Positions 39,593 through 49,463 of a DNA stretch of 64,000 nt are shown in pieces. The notes below the pieces were generated by a model, which did no database searches, was not told the origin of the DNA, and saw only the letters and a list, made by a program, of their open reading frames with translations. A program made the position numbers and the translations under genes. The stretch is from Marinibacterium sp. (GTDB taxonomy: Bacteria > Pseudomonadota > Alphaproteobacteria > Rhodobacterales > Rhodobacteraceae), in the NCBI GenBank assembly GCA_034670145.1, contig JAXMOA010000021.1:6240-70239 (forward strand), written 5' to 3'. The first letter of the stretch is position 1. Each line of letters opens with the position of its first letter.

Positions 39593-39751
39593 AAAACCGA
39601 TTCGCAAAATCGGGCGCGGTGAAATCCTTGCCGCGCCCACACTCGGCTCACAGCACAATGCGCAAAACCTGACTCACTTGGGAATTACCCGAAATCAAAG
39701 ATTTCAACGCACCCGATTTTGCGAAGTGTTTCAAGTATTTCGCAATTTGCC

Positions 39752-40258
39752 TTAGTCGCGCAGCTCGTCCGGCGCCACACCCCAAATGTTTTCCTTGCGC
39801 GCCCAGCCGCGATACCCACCGGCCGAAAGCTGGCACCAGTCGATGCTGCAATCTCCCAAGCGTGCCACCACACCCAACTCCAGCGCCGCCACAACGGGGG
39901 TCTGCATTTCGGGGCGGGTGTGCAAACCCAGCATGTCCTTTTCAACAATCACCGTGCGCACACCAGACAACAAGGCATAGTGCACCCACCCGCCAGCACC
40001 GTCCCGGTCCATCACCCGACGCCAGTGACCATGCTCGCCCGTCACTTGCAGCGGCATATGACGCCGCTTGAACACCCAATCGATTCGATGCGTCAACGAA
40101 GGGCCCCGGCGCACATTGCCCTCACTGGCCTTCAACGACACAAACCGGGGCACCGGCAAATTTGTCACCGGACCAATTCCCTTGGTCGCCTGCGCCACGG
40201 CCATACCACCATTCCCGACTGACATTCCACCAAGAACACAGCCACAAATAACAGCCAT
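39752..40258 (-). CDS. secreted SH3-like (DUF1058-type) domain protein
   Basis: C-terminal part LPVPRFVSLKASEGNVRRGPSLTHRIDWVF...GWVHYALLSG...WCQL..GGYRGWARKENIWGV, preceded by a signal-like MAVICGCVLGGMSVGNGGMAVAQA. The long N-terminal extension of ORF 39752..40672 is antisense to the next gene and looks non-coding. Confidence 0.7.
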   Translation of the reverse strand: MAVICGCVLGGMSVGNGGMAVAQATKGIGPVTNLPVPRFVSLKASEGNVRRGPSLTHRIDWVFKRRHMPLQVTGEHGHWRRVMDRDGAGGWVHYALLSGVRTVIVEKDMLGLHTRPEMQTPVVAALELGVVARLGDCSIDWCQLSAGGYRGWARKENIWGVAPDELRD

Positions 40259-40453
40259 CAAGGCCGCCTTGCCGCGCCAAACGCGGCTTTTGTCTAAATC
40301 CAACCCAAACACGACCTGCCCGCTCGTTTTCTGTTGTTCTTCTGCTTTGACCAAGGCCTGCACGCTTTTGCGCGCTGGGGTTCTTGTGCCCCGCCTCATC
40401 CTGCGCCACCATGCCATGGCGCATACGCGTTTGAAAAGCAAAGGGAGGGCAGC

Positions 40454-41441
40454 TGTGCCACGAGAGAGGCTGAGTGTTGTCGTGACGCGACGGTTGCCAG
40501 AAACCGTCGAGACCCGACTGAGCGAATTGTTCGACGTCCAGTTGAGGGATGCAGACCGGCCAATGACACGTGCCGAATTGTCCGAGGCCGTGCGTACAGC
40601 AGACGTCCTGGTGCCAACCGTCACCGATACAATTGACGCCGCCCTACTGGCCCAGGCCGGAGATCGGCTCAAACTGATTGCAAACTATGGCGCTGGCGTG
40701 GATCACATCGACGTCGCCACCGCCCGCCAACGCGGCATCCTAGTCAGCAACACCCAAGGCGTGCTGACAGATGACACCGCCGACATGACCATGGCCCTGA
40801 TTCTCGCCGTCACCCGGCGAATCCCCGAAGGGCTCAGCATCATGCAAAAGGGCGAATGGGACGGCTGGGCGCCGACCGCTTTCCTCGGCGGGCGGGTCGC
40901 GGGTCGTCGCCTGGGCATCCTCGGCATGGGCCGCATCGGCCAGGCCGTCGCCCGCCGCGCCGCCGCCTTTGGCATGCAGGTGCACTATCACAACCGCAAA
41001 CGCCTGCGCCCCGAGGTCGAAGACGAATTCGAAGCCACCTATTGGGAAAGCCTGGACCAGATGGTCGCCCGCATGGATGTGATCAGCATCAATTGCCCGT
41101 CCACACCCTCCACATTCCACCTGCTCAACGCACGACGTCTGAAGCTGCTCAAACCCACCGCCGTGATCGTCAACACGTCACGCGGCGAGGTGATCGACGA
41201 AAACGCCCTGACCCGCATGTTGCGAGCCGGGGAAATCTCGGGCGCGGGGCTGGATGTCTACGAACACGGCACCGACGTGAACCCGCGCCTGCGCGAGCTG
41301 ACCAACGTGGTGCTGCTGCCTCATATGGGCTCCGCCACGGTCGAAGGCCGTCAGGAGATGGGCGAAAAGGTCATCATCAACATCAAGACCTTCGAAGACG
41401 GGCACCGCCCGCCAGATCAGGTCGTTCCCTCCATGTTGTAA
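40454..41441 (+). CDS. D-isomer-specific 2-hydroxyacid dehydrogenase (glyoxylate/hydroxypyruvate reductase-like)
   Basis: GILGMGRIGQAVARR NAD motif. GTG 40454 is preceded by AGGGAGGG (alternative ATG at 40415). About 329 aa fits the family. Confidence 0.85.
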
Positions 41442-41514
41442 CCCGGATTGCGCAGGTCACAGGCCTTATCCCAATGGCCTCATCCTGCCCGGTCCTCGCC
41501 AGAAAGAGCCGTAA

Positions 41515-43380
41515 ATGCGTCCGCCAGACCAGTGCCTCGCCCACCCCCGTGCCTTGCTGCGCATCTTGCGCTCTGTGCTGCGTGCCGCCCCTCTCGCTGC
41601 CCTTCTGGCGACCCCGGGTTTCGCCCAGCAGACGACCGACGCCATCAGCCCCGAGGCCGCCACACCCTCGCCTGCACAAGACCAAACAGAACCGGCCCAG
41701 ACAGCAAATCCGCAATCCCCAGCCGTCATCGCCGCCCTCGCGGCCAAGGAAAACGGAACCCCCGTCACCGCCACCACATGGATGATCAGCGCCGCCAATC
41801 CGCTCGCCGCCCAGGCCGGCGCTGACATCCTGCGCAAAGGTGGCAGCGCCGCAGACGCCATGATCGCCGCACAGGCCATGCTTGGCCTGGTCGAACCACA
41901 GTCTTCGGGCCTCGGCGGCGGCGCCTTTCTGATCTGGTACGATGCAGCCTCGGGCACATTGACCACCCTGGACGGCCGCGAAACCGCCCCCCTTGCAGCC
42001 ACCCCCCGCCTGTTTCAAACCCCGGACGGAGAGCCACTAGGCTTCTTTGACGCGGTTGTTGGCGGCCTGTCCGTCGGCACCCCGGGCACCCCGGCCCTGC
42101 TGGAAGAGGCGCATCGGTGCTGGGGCACAACCCCTTGGCCCACCCTGTTTACCGCCGCAATTGACACCGCAGACCAGGGCTTTGTCGTATCGCCCCGTCT
42201 CGCCGCTCTGGTCGGAAATGACGCCGAACGCCTCGCCGTTCACCCCGAAACTGCGGCCTATTTCCTGCCCAACGGCACCCCGCTCAGCGCCGGCGATCTG
42301 CTGCAAAACCCGGCCTACGCCAACAGCCTGCGAACCCTCGCCAGCCAGGGAGCCCGCGCTTTCTACAGCGGCACCATCGCCGCCGACATCGTCCAGGCCG
42401 TCAGGTCCGCACCCACGCCCGGCACCCTCTCTCCTGCTGACCTTGCCCTCTATCAGGTCAAAGAGCGCCCACCCGTCTGCGCCCCTTTCCGCAGCTTTCA
42501 GGTCTGCGGCATGGGCCCGCCCTCCTCCGGCGCACTCAGCGTGGGCCAGATCCTGGGCCTGCTGAACAGCTTCCCTGTTGGCGCCCCGGACGACCCTGAA
42601 ACATGGCGCCGCTTTGGCGACGCCAGCCGCCTCGCCTTTGCCGATCGGGGCCGCTACATCGCCGACAGCGATTTTGTCCCGGTCCCGACCAAAGGCTTGC
42701 TGGACCCAACCTACCTGGCCGAACGCGCCCAGTTGCTTGTCGAAGGCACCGCACTGGAAACCACCCCACCCGGCACCCCGGCCTGGGACCACGTCGGGCT
42801 TTGGGCCGATGATGAAAGCATCGAGCTGCCCTCAACCTCGCACCTCTCCATCGTTGATGCCCAAGGCAATGTGCTGTCCATGACCACCACAATCGAAAAT
42901 GCTTTCGGCGCCCGCCTGATGACAAACGGCTTCCTGCTCAACAACGAACTGACCGATTTTTCCTTCCGCTCGCACCGCGACGGACGCCCGATCGCCAACC
43001 GGGTCGCACCGGGCAAACGCCCGCGCTCTTCCATGGCGCCAACAATTGTCCTGCAAGACGGAGCGCCAGTGCTCGCCATCGGCTCTCCCGGCGGCAGCCG
43101 CATCATTCCCTATGTCGCGAAAACTATCCTCGCCTGGGCAGATTGGGGGCTCGACATTCAACAGGCCATCGCCCTGCCCCACGCGCTCAACCGTTTCGGC
43201 ACCTTCGATCTGGAGGCCGACACAACCGCCCAAACCCTGCAAACCCCGCTTCAGGACATGGGCTACGACGTCTCCCTGCGCGACCTGAACTCGGGCCTGC
43301 ACGGGATCGAAATCTCCACCACCCTCCAGGGTGGCGCCGACCCACGCCGCGAGGGTATCGCCCTGGGGAACACGAACTAG
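41515..43380 (+). CDS. ggt: gamma-glutamyltransferase
   Basis: Signal peptide, then GGT family blocks (GGSAADA, GLGGGAF, autoprocessing-site context PSTSHLSIVD, GSPGGSRII). Confidence 0.9.
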   Translation: MRPPDQCLAHPRALLRILRSVLRAAPLAALLATPGFAQQTTDAISPEAATPSPAQDQTEPAQTANPQSPAVIAALAAKENGTPVTATTWMISAANPLAAQAGADILRKGGSAADAMIAAQAMLGLVEPQSSGLGGGAFLIWYDAASGTLTTLDGRETAPLAATPRLFQTPDGEPLGFFDAVVGGLSVGTPGTPALLEEAHRCWGTTPWPTLFTAAIDTADQGFVVSPRLAALVGNDAERLAVHPETAAYFLPNGTPLSAGDLLQNPAYANSLRTLASQGARAFYSGTIAADIVQAVRSAPTPGTLSPADLALYQVKERPPVCAPFRSFQVCGMGPPSSGALSVGQILGLLNSFPVGAPDDPETWRRFGDASRLAFADRGRYIADSDFVPVPTKGLLDPTYLAERAQLLVEGTALETTPPGTPAWDHVGLWADDESIELPSTSHLSIVDAQGNVLSMTTTIENAFGARLMTNGFLLNNELTDFSFRSHRDGRPIANRVAPGKRPRSSMAPTIVLQDGAPVLAIGSPGGSRIIPYVAKTILAWADWGLDIQQAIALPHALNRFGTFDLEADTTAQTLQTPLQDMGYDVSLRDLNSGLHGIEISTTLQGGADPRREGIALGNTN

Positions 43381-43489
43381 ACCGCGAAATCACAGCGCCG
43401 GAACACCCCAAAACCCCGCCGGACACCGACAGGGGTGCAACCGCAATCAACCTGCGCTATAGCCAAGGCTCAAACCGAGAGGAGCCCCC

Positions 43490-44890
43490 ATGATCCAAGC
43501 ACCAACACTTCCCCGGAATGAAACCGGAATCGAGGCCGCACTCGGGATTCTGAAGCAACGCTTTGGCGAAAAGTTCCAGACTGGCCAATCCATACGCGAA
43601 CAGCATGGCCACACCACCACCTGGATCGAAAACCAGCCCCCCGACGCCGTTGTCTGGCCACAAAACACGGCCGAAGTCTCCGAGATCGTGAAAATCTGCG
43701 CCGCCCACCGCGTCCCCGTGATCGGCTATGGCACCGGCACCTCTCTCGAAGGCCACCTGAACGCCCCCGCCGGCGGCATCTCTGTCGACTTCTCGGATAT
43801 GAACCAGATCCTCGAGGTCCAGGCCGAAGACCTCACCGCCGTGATTCAACCCGGCGTCACCCGCGAACAACTCAACACCTATCTGCGCGACAAGGGCCTG
43901 TTTTTCCCTATCGACCCGGGCGCCAATGCCTCTCTGGGGGGCATGGCCTCGACCCGCGCCAGCGGCACCAACGCCGTGCGCTATGGCACAATGAAGGACA
44001 ACATCCTGTCCCTCGAGGCCGTCATGCCCAACGGCGAAACAATCCGCACCGCCCGGCGCGCCAAGAAAACCTCCGCAGGCTATGACCTGACCCGCCTGAT
44101 GATCGGATCCGAAGGCACACTCGGCCTGCTCACCGAACTCACCGTCCGCCTGTATGGCATCCCCGAAGCGATGAGCTCCGCGCGCTGCTCCTTCACCTCG
44201 ATCGACGCCGCCAGCCAGGCCGTCATGGCCACCATCCAGTACGGAATCCCCGTCGCCCGGATGGAGCTGTTGGACGTCCTCTCTGTCCGCGCAGTCAACG
44301 CCTATTCCAAACTCGACCTTCCCGAAACTCCACTGCTGCTGCTCGAATTCCACGGCTCTGAAACCGGTGTCGCGGAACAGGCAGAGCTGTTTGGTCAAAT
44401 TGCAGAGGAATTCGAGGGATCCGGGTTCGAATGGACCACCTCAAACGAAGAACGCAACAAGCTCTGGAAAGCCCGACACGACCTCTATTGGGCCGTCCTG
44501 CAATGGCGTCCGGGCGCACAATCGCTGGCGACGGATGTCTGCGTGCCAATCTCTCGACTGGCCGAATGCACCGCCGCCGCCGCCGCCAAGGCCGATGAAC
44601 TGGGCCTGATCGCCCCCCTGGTCGGTCACGTCGGAGACGGCAATTTCCACGTCTCCCCTCTGGTCGATATGGACAATGAAGCCGAGGTCGCCGCCTCCAA
44701 GGAATTTGTCAGCTGGTTGGCCAAACTGGCCATCTCGATGGATGGCACCTGCACTGGTGAACATGGGATCGGACAAGGCAAAATGTCCTACCTCACCGCC
44801 GAATTGGGCGAGGCAACGGTCGATGTGATGCGCGCCATCAAATCCGCAATCGACCCGCAGGGCATCATGAACCCGGGCAAGATTTTCTGA
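43490..44890 (+). CDS. FAD-binding oxidoreductase (GlcD / D-lactate dehydrogenase-like)
   Basis: FAD_binding_4-type N-terminus (VPVIGYGTGTSLEGH) and C-terminal GTCTGEHGIG. RBS GAGAGGAG. Confidence 0.85.
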   Translation: MIQAPTLPRNETGIEAALGILKQRFGEKFQTGQSIREQHGHTTTWIENQPPDAVVWPQNTAEVSEIVKICAAHRVPVIGYGTGTSLEGHLNAPAGGISVDFSDMNQILEVQAEDLTAVIQPGVTREQLNTYLRDKGLFFPIDPGANASLGGMASTRASGTNAVRYGTMKDNILSLEAVMPNGETIRTARRAKKTSAGYDLTRLMIGSEGTLGLLTELTVRLYGIPEAMSSARCSFTSIDAASQAVMATIQYGIPVARMELLDVLSVRAVNAYSKLDLPETPLLLLEFHGSETGVAEQAELFGQIAEEFEGSGFEWTTSNEERNKLWKARHDLYWAVLQWRPGAQSLATDVCVPISRLAECTAAAAAKADELGLIAPLVGHVGDGNFHVSPLVDMDNEAEVAASKEFVSWLAKLAISMDGTCTGEHGIGQGKMSYLTAELGEATVDVMRAIKSAIDPQGIMNPGKIF

Positions 44891-44946
44891 CCTCACCAAC
44901 CCCAAATCACCAAACCATACACCCCTGACACCCGGACCCAGCCTCA

Positions 44947-45396
44947 ATGACCAATCCCCGCCGCATCGTGTTGTCCAGTGACCATGCCGGAATCGCCCTG
45001 CGCCAGACCATTGCCGATCACATCAATGCCCTGGGATGGGAGGCGGTCGATATCGGCCCCACCTCCCCCGAGAGCACACATTACCCGACCCACGGTCAGG
45101 CCGCCGCCCGTCACGTCGCCTCGGGCGATTGCGCCTTCGGCATCATCCTGTGCGGGACCGGTCAGGGCATCATGATGGCCGCAAACAAGGTGCCGGGCAT
45201 CCGTTGCGGCACCTGCGTCGATACCTTCTCGGCCCGCATGATCCGCCAGCACAATAACGCCAACATGCTGTCAATCGGCGTGCGCGTCGTCGGCGAAGGC
45301 CTGGCACTCGACATCGTCGATGCCTTCCTCAACGCAGAATTCGAAGGCGGCCGCCACGCCACCCGCGTCGACATGATCGAACCAAAGGCGGATTGA
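44947..45396 (+). CDS. rpiB: ribose-5-phosphate isomerase B
   Basis: 149 aa in the RpiB/LacAB family (SSDHAGIALR, ILCGTGQGIMMAANK). Confidence 0.9.
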   Translation: MTNPRRIVLSSDHAGIALRQTIADHINALGWEAVDIGPTSPESTHYPTHGQAAARHVASGDCAFGIILCGTGQGIMMAANKVPGIRCGTCVDTFSARMIRQHNNANMLSIGVRVVGEGLALDIVDAFLNAEFEGGRHATRVDMIEPKAD

Positions 45397-45437
45397 GCGC
45401 CACACCTAAGCCCCTTCAGCACCTGCCTGCCGCGACA

Positions 45438-47603
45438 TCACAGATCCAGGACAAGTTTCTTTGTCCTGGAGCGTGAACAGCACACGGAAATCTGCCGATT
45501 TGCAGCCTTTTCCAGATCGGTCTGCACCAGATCACGGTGATCAGGCATGCCCTCGACCACCCCGGTCAAACAGGTGCCGCACACGCCTGACTGGCAGGAC
45601 ACTTGCACATGGATGCCATTGTCCTCCAATTTCTGCGCAATGGTCTCGCCCGGCTGCACCTCAAAACTTTTGCCAGAGCTTCGGGCAACGACGGTAAATG
45701 GCGCCCCATCCGTGTTCACCTCTGCCCCAAAGCGTTCCAGATGGATACAGGCCGCATCCCAACCCGCGCGTTCCGCTGCATGCACGACAAAATCCATGAA
45801 ACCATTCGGCCCACAAACATAAAGGTGCTGATCCGCCGCCGCCCTCGCCAACACCCCGTCGATATCCAACTGCTGGTCCTTTGGCCCGCTATCCACATGA
45901 ATCTGAACCCTGCCGCCAAACCGGGCCAACTCCCCGGCAAAGGCCAGACGATCAGCGCTGCGCCCGCAATAATGCATCTCCCAGGACGCCCCCGCCGCTT
46001 CCAGCGCATAGGCCATACTCAGCATCGGCGTGACCCCGATCCCGCCCGCAAACAGAACCGTATGCGCCGCATCCCACTGCACCGGGAAATTGTTGCGAGG
46101 CCGCCCGACCCTGATCTGCCGACTCAGCTCAAAATCCGCGTGGATCGCCGTTGACCCACCCCGAGATTTGGGATCCAGCAATATGCCCAACCGATAGCTG
46201 GAGCCATCCGCCGGATCACCCGTCAATGAATACTGACGGATCAGGCCGGACTTGACATAGACATCCACATGCGCGCCGGCGTCATGTTCAGGCAAGGGGC
46301 TGCCATCAACGGATGCCAGCTTCAAAGAGATAATATCCGTCGCCACATCTTCGCGCTGCGTCACCACCACATCAAGCCACGGAGCCGCCGCAGGCTCGGC
46401 CAGCGCCGCGTGCGTGTCAGGCCGGACGTCAGCGGCCAGATGCACTTTGACTGGCATGACCGAATAGGCGCGAATCGTGTTGTTCATGGCCACAACCGGT
46501 TCGCCCAGCAATTCAAACCGCGTCACCCGGCGGCACAGCGCCTCCAGCAACAGGATGATCTCTCGACGCGCCAGATGCATCCCCATGCACATGTGCACCC
46601 CCTGACCAAAGCCGAGATGGTCATGCACATCGCGTGTGACATCAAACCGATCGGGATCCGCAAATTTGCGTTCGTCCCGGTTGGCCGAAGCATAGATCAC
46701 AATCACCCGCTTGCCCGCCGGTATCACATGACCGGCAATTTCACTGTCTTCGATGACATACCGCGTAAAGGCGCGGATAGGGGTGGCCATCCGCACCGCC
46801 TCATCCACCGCATTCGGAATCAGCCCCGGATCGGCGCGGATCAGATCCCATTGCGCGGGGTGATCCGCCAGAAACTTGATGATCTGACCGGTCGCAGAGA
46901 TCGTCGTATCCAGCGACGGGTTGATATAATCCCTCATCAACTGCGCGCAGGTCTCAAAGGAAATGCCACGCTCTGCACCAACCTCGAAAATCCGCTTGGC
47001 CCATCCGCCTTCGTTCAGCTTTTCGGGGCGGCCATATTCCTGCAAAAAGTCCCGCAGATCCACCAGATCTTCAAAGGCTTGCGCCGTCCGCGCATTCCGC
47101 GTTCCAAACAGGTTGAACGTAGCCGAAGCCCATTTCAACATCTGATCGGACTCCACCGGCAAACCCACCAGTTCGGCAACAATGGTAACAGGCAGATACT
47201 GCGCAAAATCAGAAATCGCATCAAATTCGCCCCGGGCGCAAAGCACATCAATCAACCCATTGGCCGACTGCGCAAGCACAGGCTCAATGGCCTTCAGCGC
47301 ACCAGGCAACAGCGGCTCCGAGGTGACCGAACGTGTCCTGTCATGCTCTGGCGGATCCGAATTCAACGTAGAGCCCACCAGAATATCATTCACCTCCGGT
47401 ATCGGAGAAACGCCACGCGAACTGACAAACCGCAGCGGTTGGCGCAACACTTCGCTCACCTCTGCATAGCGCGGCAGCGCATAAAGGTCGTGCTGGGGCA
47501 AATACACCACCGGACCCAGTTCCCGCATCTGCGCATAGACCGGGTAAGGGTCCAGAATAACGGCGTCAGAGTAAAAATCGATGTCCAGCGACGGAATGCT
47601 CAT
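45438..47603 (-). CDS. self-sufficient cytochrome P450 fused to a phthalate-oxygenase-reductase-like (flavin/NADH/[2Fe-2S]) domain (CYP116B-like architecture)
   Basis: Heme-thiolate loop FGQGVHMCMGMHLARRE in the N-terminal about 400 aa. C-terminal FNR-like region and plant-type ferredoxin CQSGVCGTC...C. Confidence 0.85.
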   Translation of the reverse strand: MSIPSLDIDFYSDAVILDPYPVYAQMRELGPVVYLPQHDLYALPRYAEVSEVLRQPLRFVSSRGVSPIPEVNDILVGSTLNSDPPEHDRTRSVTSEPLLPGALKAIEPVLAQSANGLIDVLCARGEFDAISDFAQYLPVTIVAELVGLPVESDQMLKWASATFNLFGTRNARTAQAFEDLVDLRDFLQEYGRPEKLNEGGWAKRIFEVGAERGISFETCAQLMRDYINPSLDTTISATGQIIKFLADHPAQWDLIRADPGLIPNAVDEAVRMATPIRAFTRYVIEDSEIAGHVIPAGKRVIVIYASANRDERKFADPDRFDVTRDVHDHLGFGQGVHMCMGMHLARREIILLLEALCRRVTRFELLGEPVVAMNNTIRAYSVMPVKVHLAADVRPDTHAALAEPAAAPWLDVVVTQREDVATDIISLKLASVDGSPLPEHDAGAHVDVYVKSGLIRQYSLTGDPADGSSYRLGILLDPKSRGGSTAIHADFELSRQIRVGRPRNNFPVQWDAAHTVLFAGGIGVTPMLSMAYALEAAGASWEMHYCGRSADRLAFAGELARFGGRVQIHVDSGPKDQQLDIDGVLARAAADQHLYVCGPNGFMDFVVHAAERAGWDAACIHLERFGAEVNTDGAPFTVVARSSGKSFEVQPGETIAQKLEDNGIHVQVSCQSGVCGTCLTGVVEGMPDHRDLVQTDLEKAANRQISVCCSRSRTKKLVLDL

Positions 47604-48409
47604 CCGCCCTCCTCGGGATCCAACCGCAAGCTTTGCAGATCCATTGCATCGCTCTGATTGAACGCCCCCATACCGCCATCAATGGCAATATCCGCGCCCT
47701 TGATCCAATTGGACGCAGGCGACAGCAGAAAGGCCGCGATCTCTGCAACCTCTTCCGGCGCACCAGGACGCCCGGCCCGCACGACATTCTTTGCCATCAT
47801 GGCCCCAAACGCCCGCTGAAAATCCTCCAGAATGCCCGTGGATACCCCGCCAGGACTCAGGGAATTGATGCGCAGCCCTCGGCCAACCATCGCCTCTGCT
47901 TCTGCAACAGTCCAAAGAATGACCGCTTCCTTGGTCAGGTTGTAACACCGCGTTGCATCAATGTTTTCCGCCGCAACAAAACCTGCCAGCTGATCCCGGC
48001 GCCGCAGGCCGGCCAGCCGTTTGACCTGATCCGCACCCTCGCGCCATCCATGCCCCGCACGGCTGGCCAAATTCACGATGGAGCCACCCGCGCCCAGATG
48101 CGGCAGCATCGCATGGGTGAAATCCCGTGTGCCCAGGAAATTGACCTGCAAAATGGCCTCTTCCAGCCCCTCACGCGGCGGCAGACCCGCGTTGTTGCAC
48201 AATCCATCCAGCGGCGTGTCCACAGCGGCGGCGGCCTTGGCGATGCTATCCGCATCATTCAAATCCAGCGCGATAAAGCGGTCCAGATTGTCCCGCGTTT
48301 CGCGAATATCAAACCCAATGACACGATGTCCCTGCATCTTCAGAATACGGGCCAGATTCGCACCAATACCACTTGCCACCCCCGTAACCGCATACGTCCG
48401 TTCCTGCAT
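47600..48409 (-). CDS. SDR-family oxidoreductase
   Basis: TGVASGIG cofactor motif. Stop overlaps the P450 start by 4 nt. Confidence 0.85.
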   Translation of the reverse strand: MQERTYAVTGVASGIGANLARILKMQGHRVIGFDIRETRDNLDRFIALDLNDADSIAKAAAAVDTPLDGLCNNAGLPPREGLEEAILQVNFLGTRDFTHAMLPHLGAGGSIVNLASRAGHGWREGADQVKRLAGLRRRDQLAGFVAAENIDATRCYNLTKEAVILWTVAEAEAMVGRGLRINSLSPGGVSTGILEDFQRAFGAMMAKNVVRAGRPGAPEEVAEIAAFLLSPASNWIKGADIAIDGGMGAFNQSDAMDLQSLRLDPEEGG

Positions 48410-48503
48410 GATGACCTCCCATTCCGTTTGTCACAGCTTAATTCCCAGGTTGCGATCATGAATAGCCTTGAAAATACGCTACCGATAAGTTTTCCTGATC
48501 ATT

Positions 48504-49397
48504 ATGAAGCCGCAACACATCCAGGTCCTCGTCGCCATCGCAGAGCATGGCAGCCTGCGTGCCGCATCAAAACACCTCAACAAATCCCAACCCGCCCTCA
48601 CCCAATCCCTGCGACAAGCCGAAACTGACCTCGGCGTCTCCCTGTTTCTCAGGACGTCGCGCGGGGTAGAGCTCACCCAGGTCGGTGAACATGTGCTTGC
48701 ACGGGCCCGCACAATTTCTTCCGAGATCGCACGTCTGAACGAAGAAGTCGCTCAATTGCGCGGAGAGCAGATCGGTTCCGTCAATGTTTGCCTGTCCCCA
48801 CTGGCCGCCACCCGCATCATGCCACGCGCCCTGACCTTGTTTCGAAAAAGTCACCCCAAAATACAGGTTCGTCTTTCAAGTGGCATGTTTCCTGGGGCGC
48901 TGAAACCGCTGCGCGAAGGGCGTGTGGATATTCTGATCGGCCCCACCCCGCCCGCCGAAATGGCCCGCGAAATCACCGTGGACCCGCTGATCGAGACACC
49001 AATCGACGTCGTAACCGCCGCCACCTCCCCCTTGCGCCATGCGCGATCCCTGGCCGATCTGGTCGACGCGCAATGGATCATGATCGGCGCTCCCACCGGA
49101 CCCGGTGATATTTTCACGCAGCCGTTTATCGAACACAACCTGCCCCCGCCCCAGGCGCTCACCTCTTCGGAATCCTATTTTGGCGCCATGTCCCTTGTGG
49201 AAAGCTTGGGGGCGGTGTGCACATTTCCATCCCTTTTGATGCAAGACGTCGAAAAGACCTGGCAGATCACACCGATCCCAATCCGTGAAAAGATTGCCCC
49301 GTTGACCATTTCCCTGATGACACGCGCTCGCCACCCTCTGACCCCGGCCGCAGACGCGCTCGCCATGTGTATCAGGCGGCGTGTCGCTTCACTGTAA
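48504..49397 (+). CDS. LysR-family transcriptional regulator
   Basis: wHTH IQVLVAIAEHGSLRAASKHLNKSQPALTQSLRQAE. Divergent from the SDR-P450 operon. Confidence 0.9.
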   Translation: MKPQHIQVLVAIAEHGSLRAASKHLNKSQPALTQSLRQAETDLGVSLFLRTSRGVELTQVGEHVLARARTISSEIARLNEEVAQLRGEQIGSVNVCLSPLAATRIMPRALTLFRKSHPKIQVRLSSGMFPGALKPLREGRVDILIGPTPPAEMAREITVDPLIETPIDVVTAATSPLRHARSLADLVDAQWIMIGAPTGPGDIFTQPFIEHNLPPPQALTSSESYFGAMSLVESLGAVCTFPSLLMQDVEKTWQITPIPIREKIAPLTISLMTRARHPLTPAADALAMCIRRRVASL

Positions 49398-49463
49398 GCG
49401 GGGCTTCACAGCGCCATAGGCACATCGAGCTCGCAGGGCCGGTCAAACACCCTGTCCTTTCCG

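Noticed and set aside
39752-40672. The full 306-aa ORF as the SH3-domain gene.
   Set aside because: The first about 138 codons are antisense to the 5' region of the 2-hydroxyacid dehydrogenase gene and translate to Ser/Arg/Thr-rich low-complexity sequence. A signal-peptide-like start at 40258 fits the family better.
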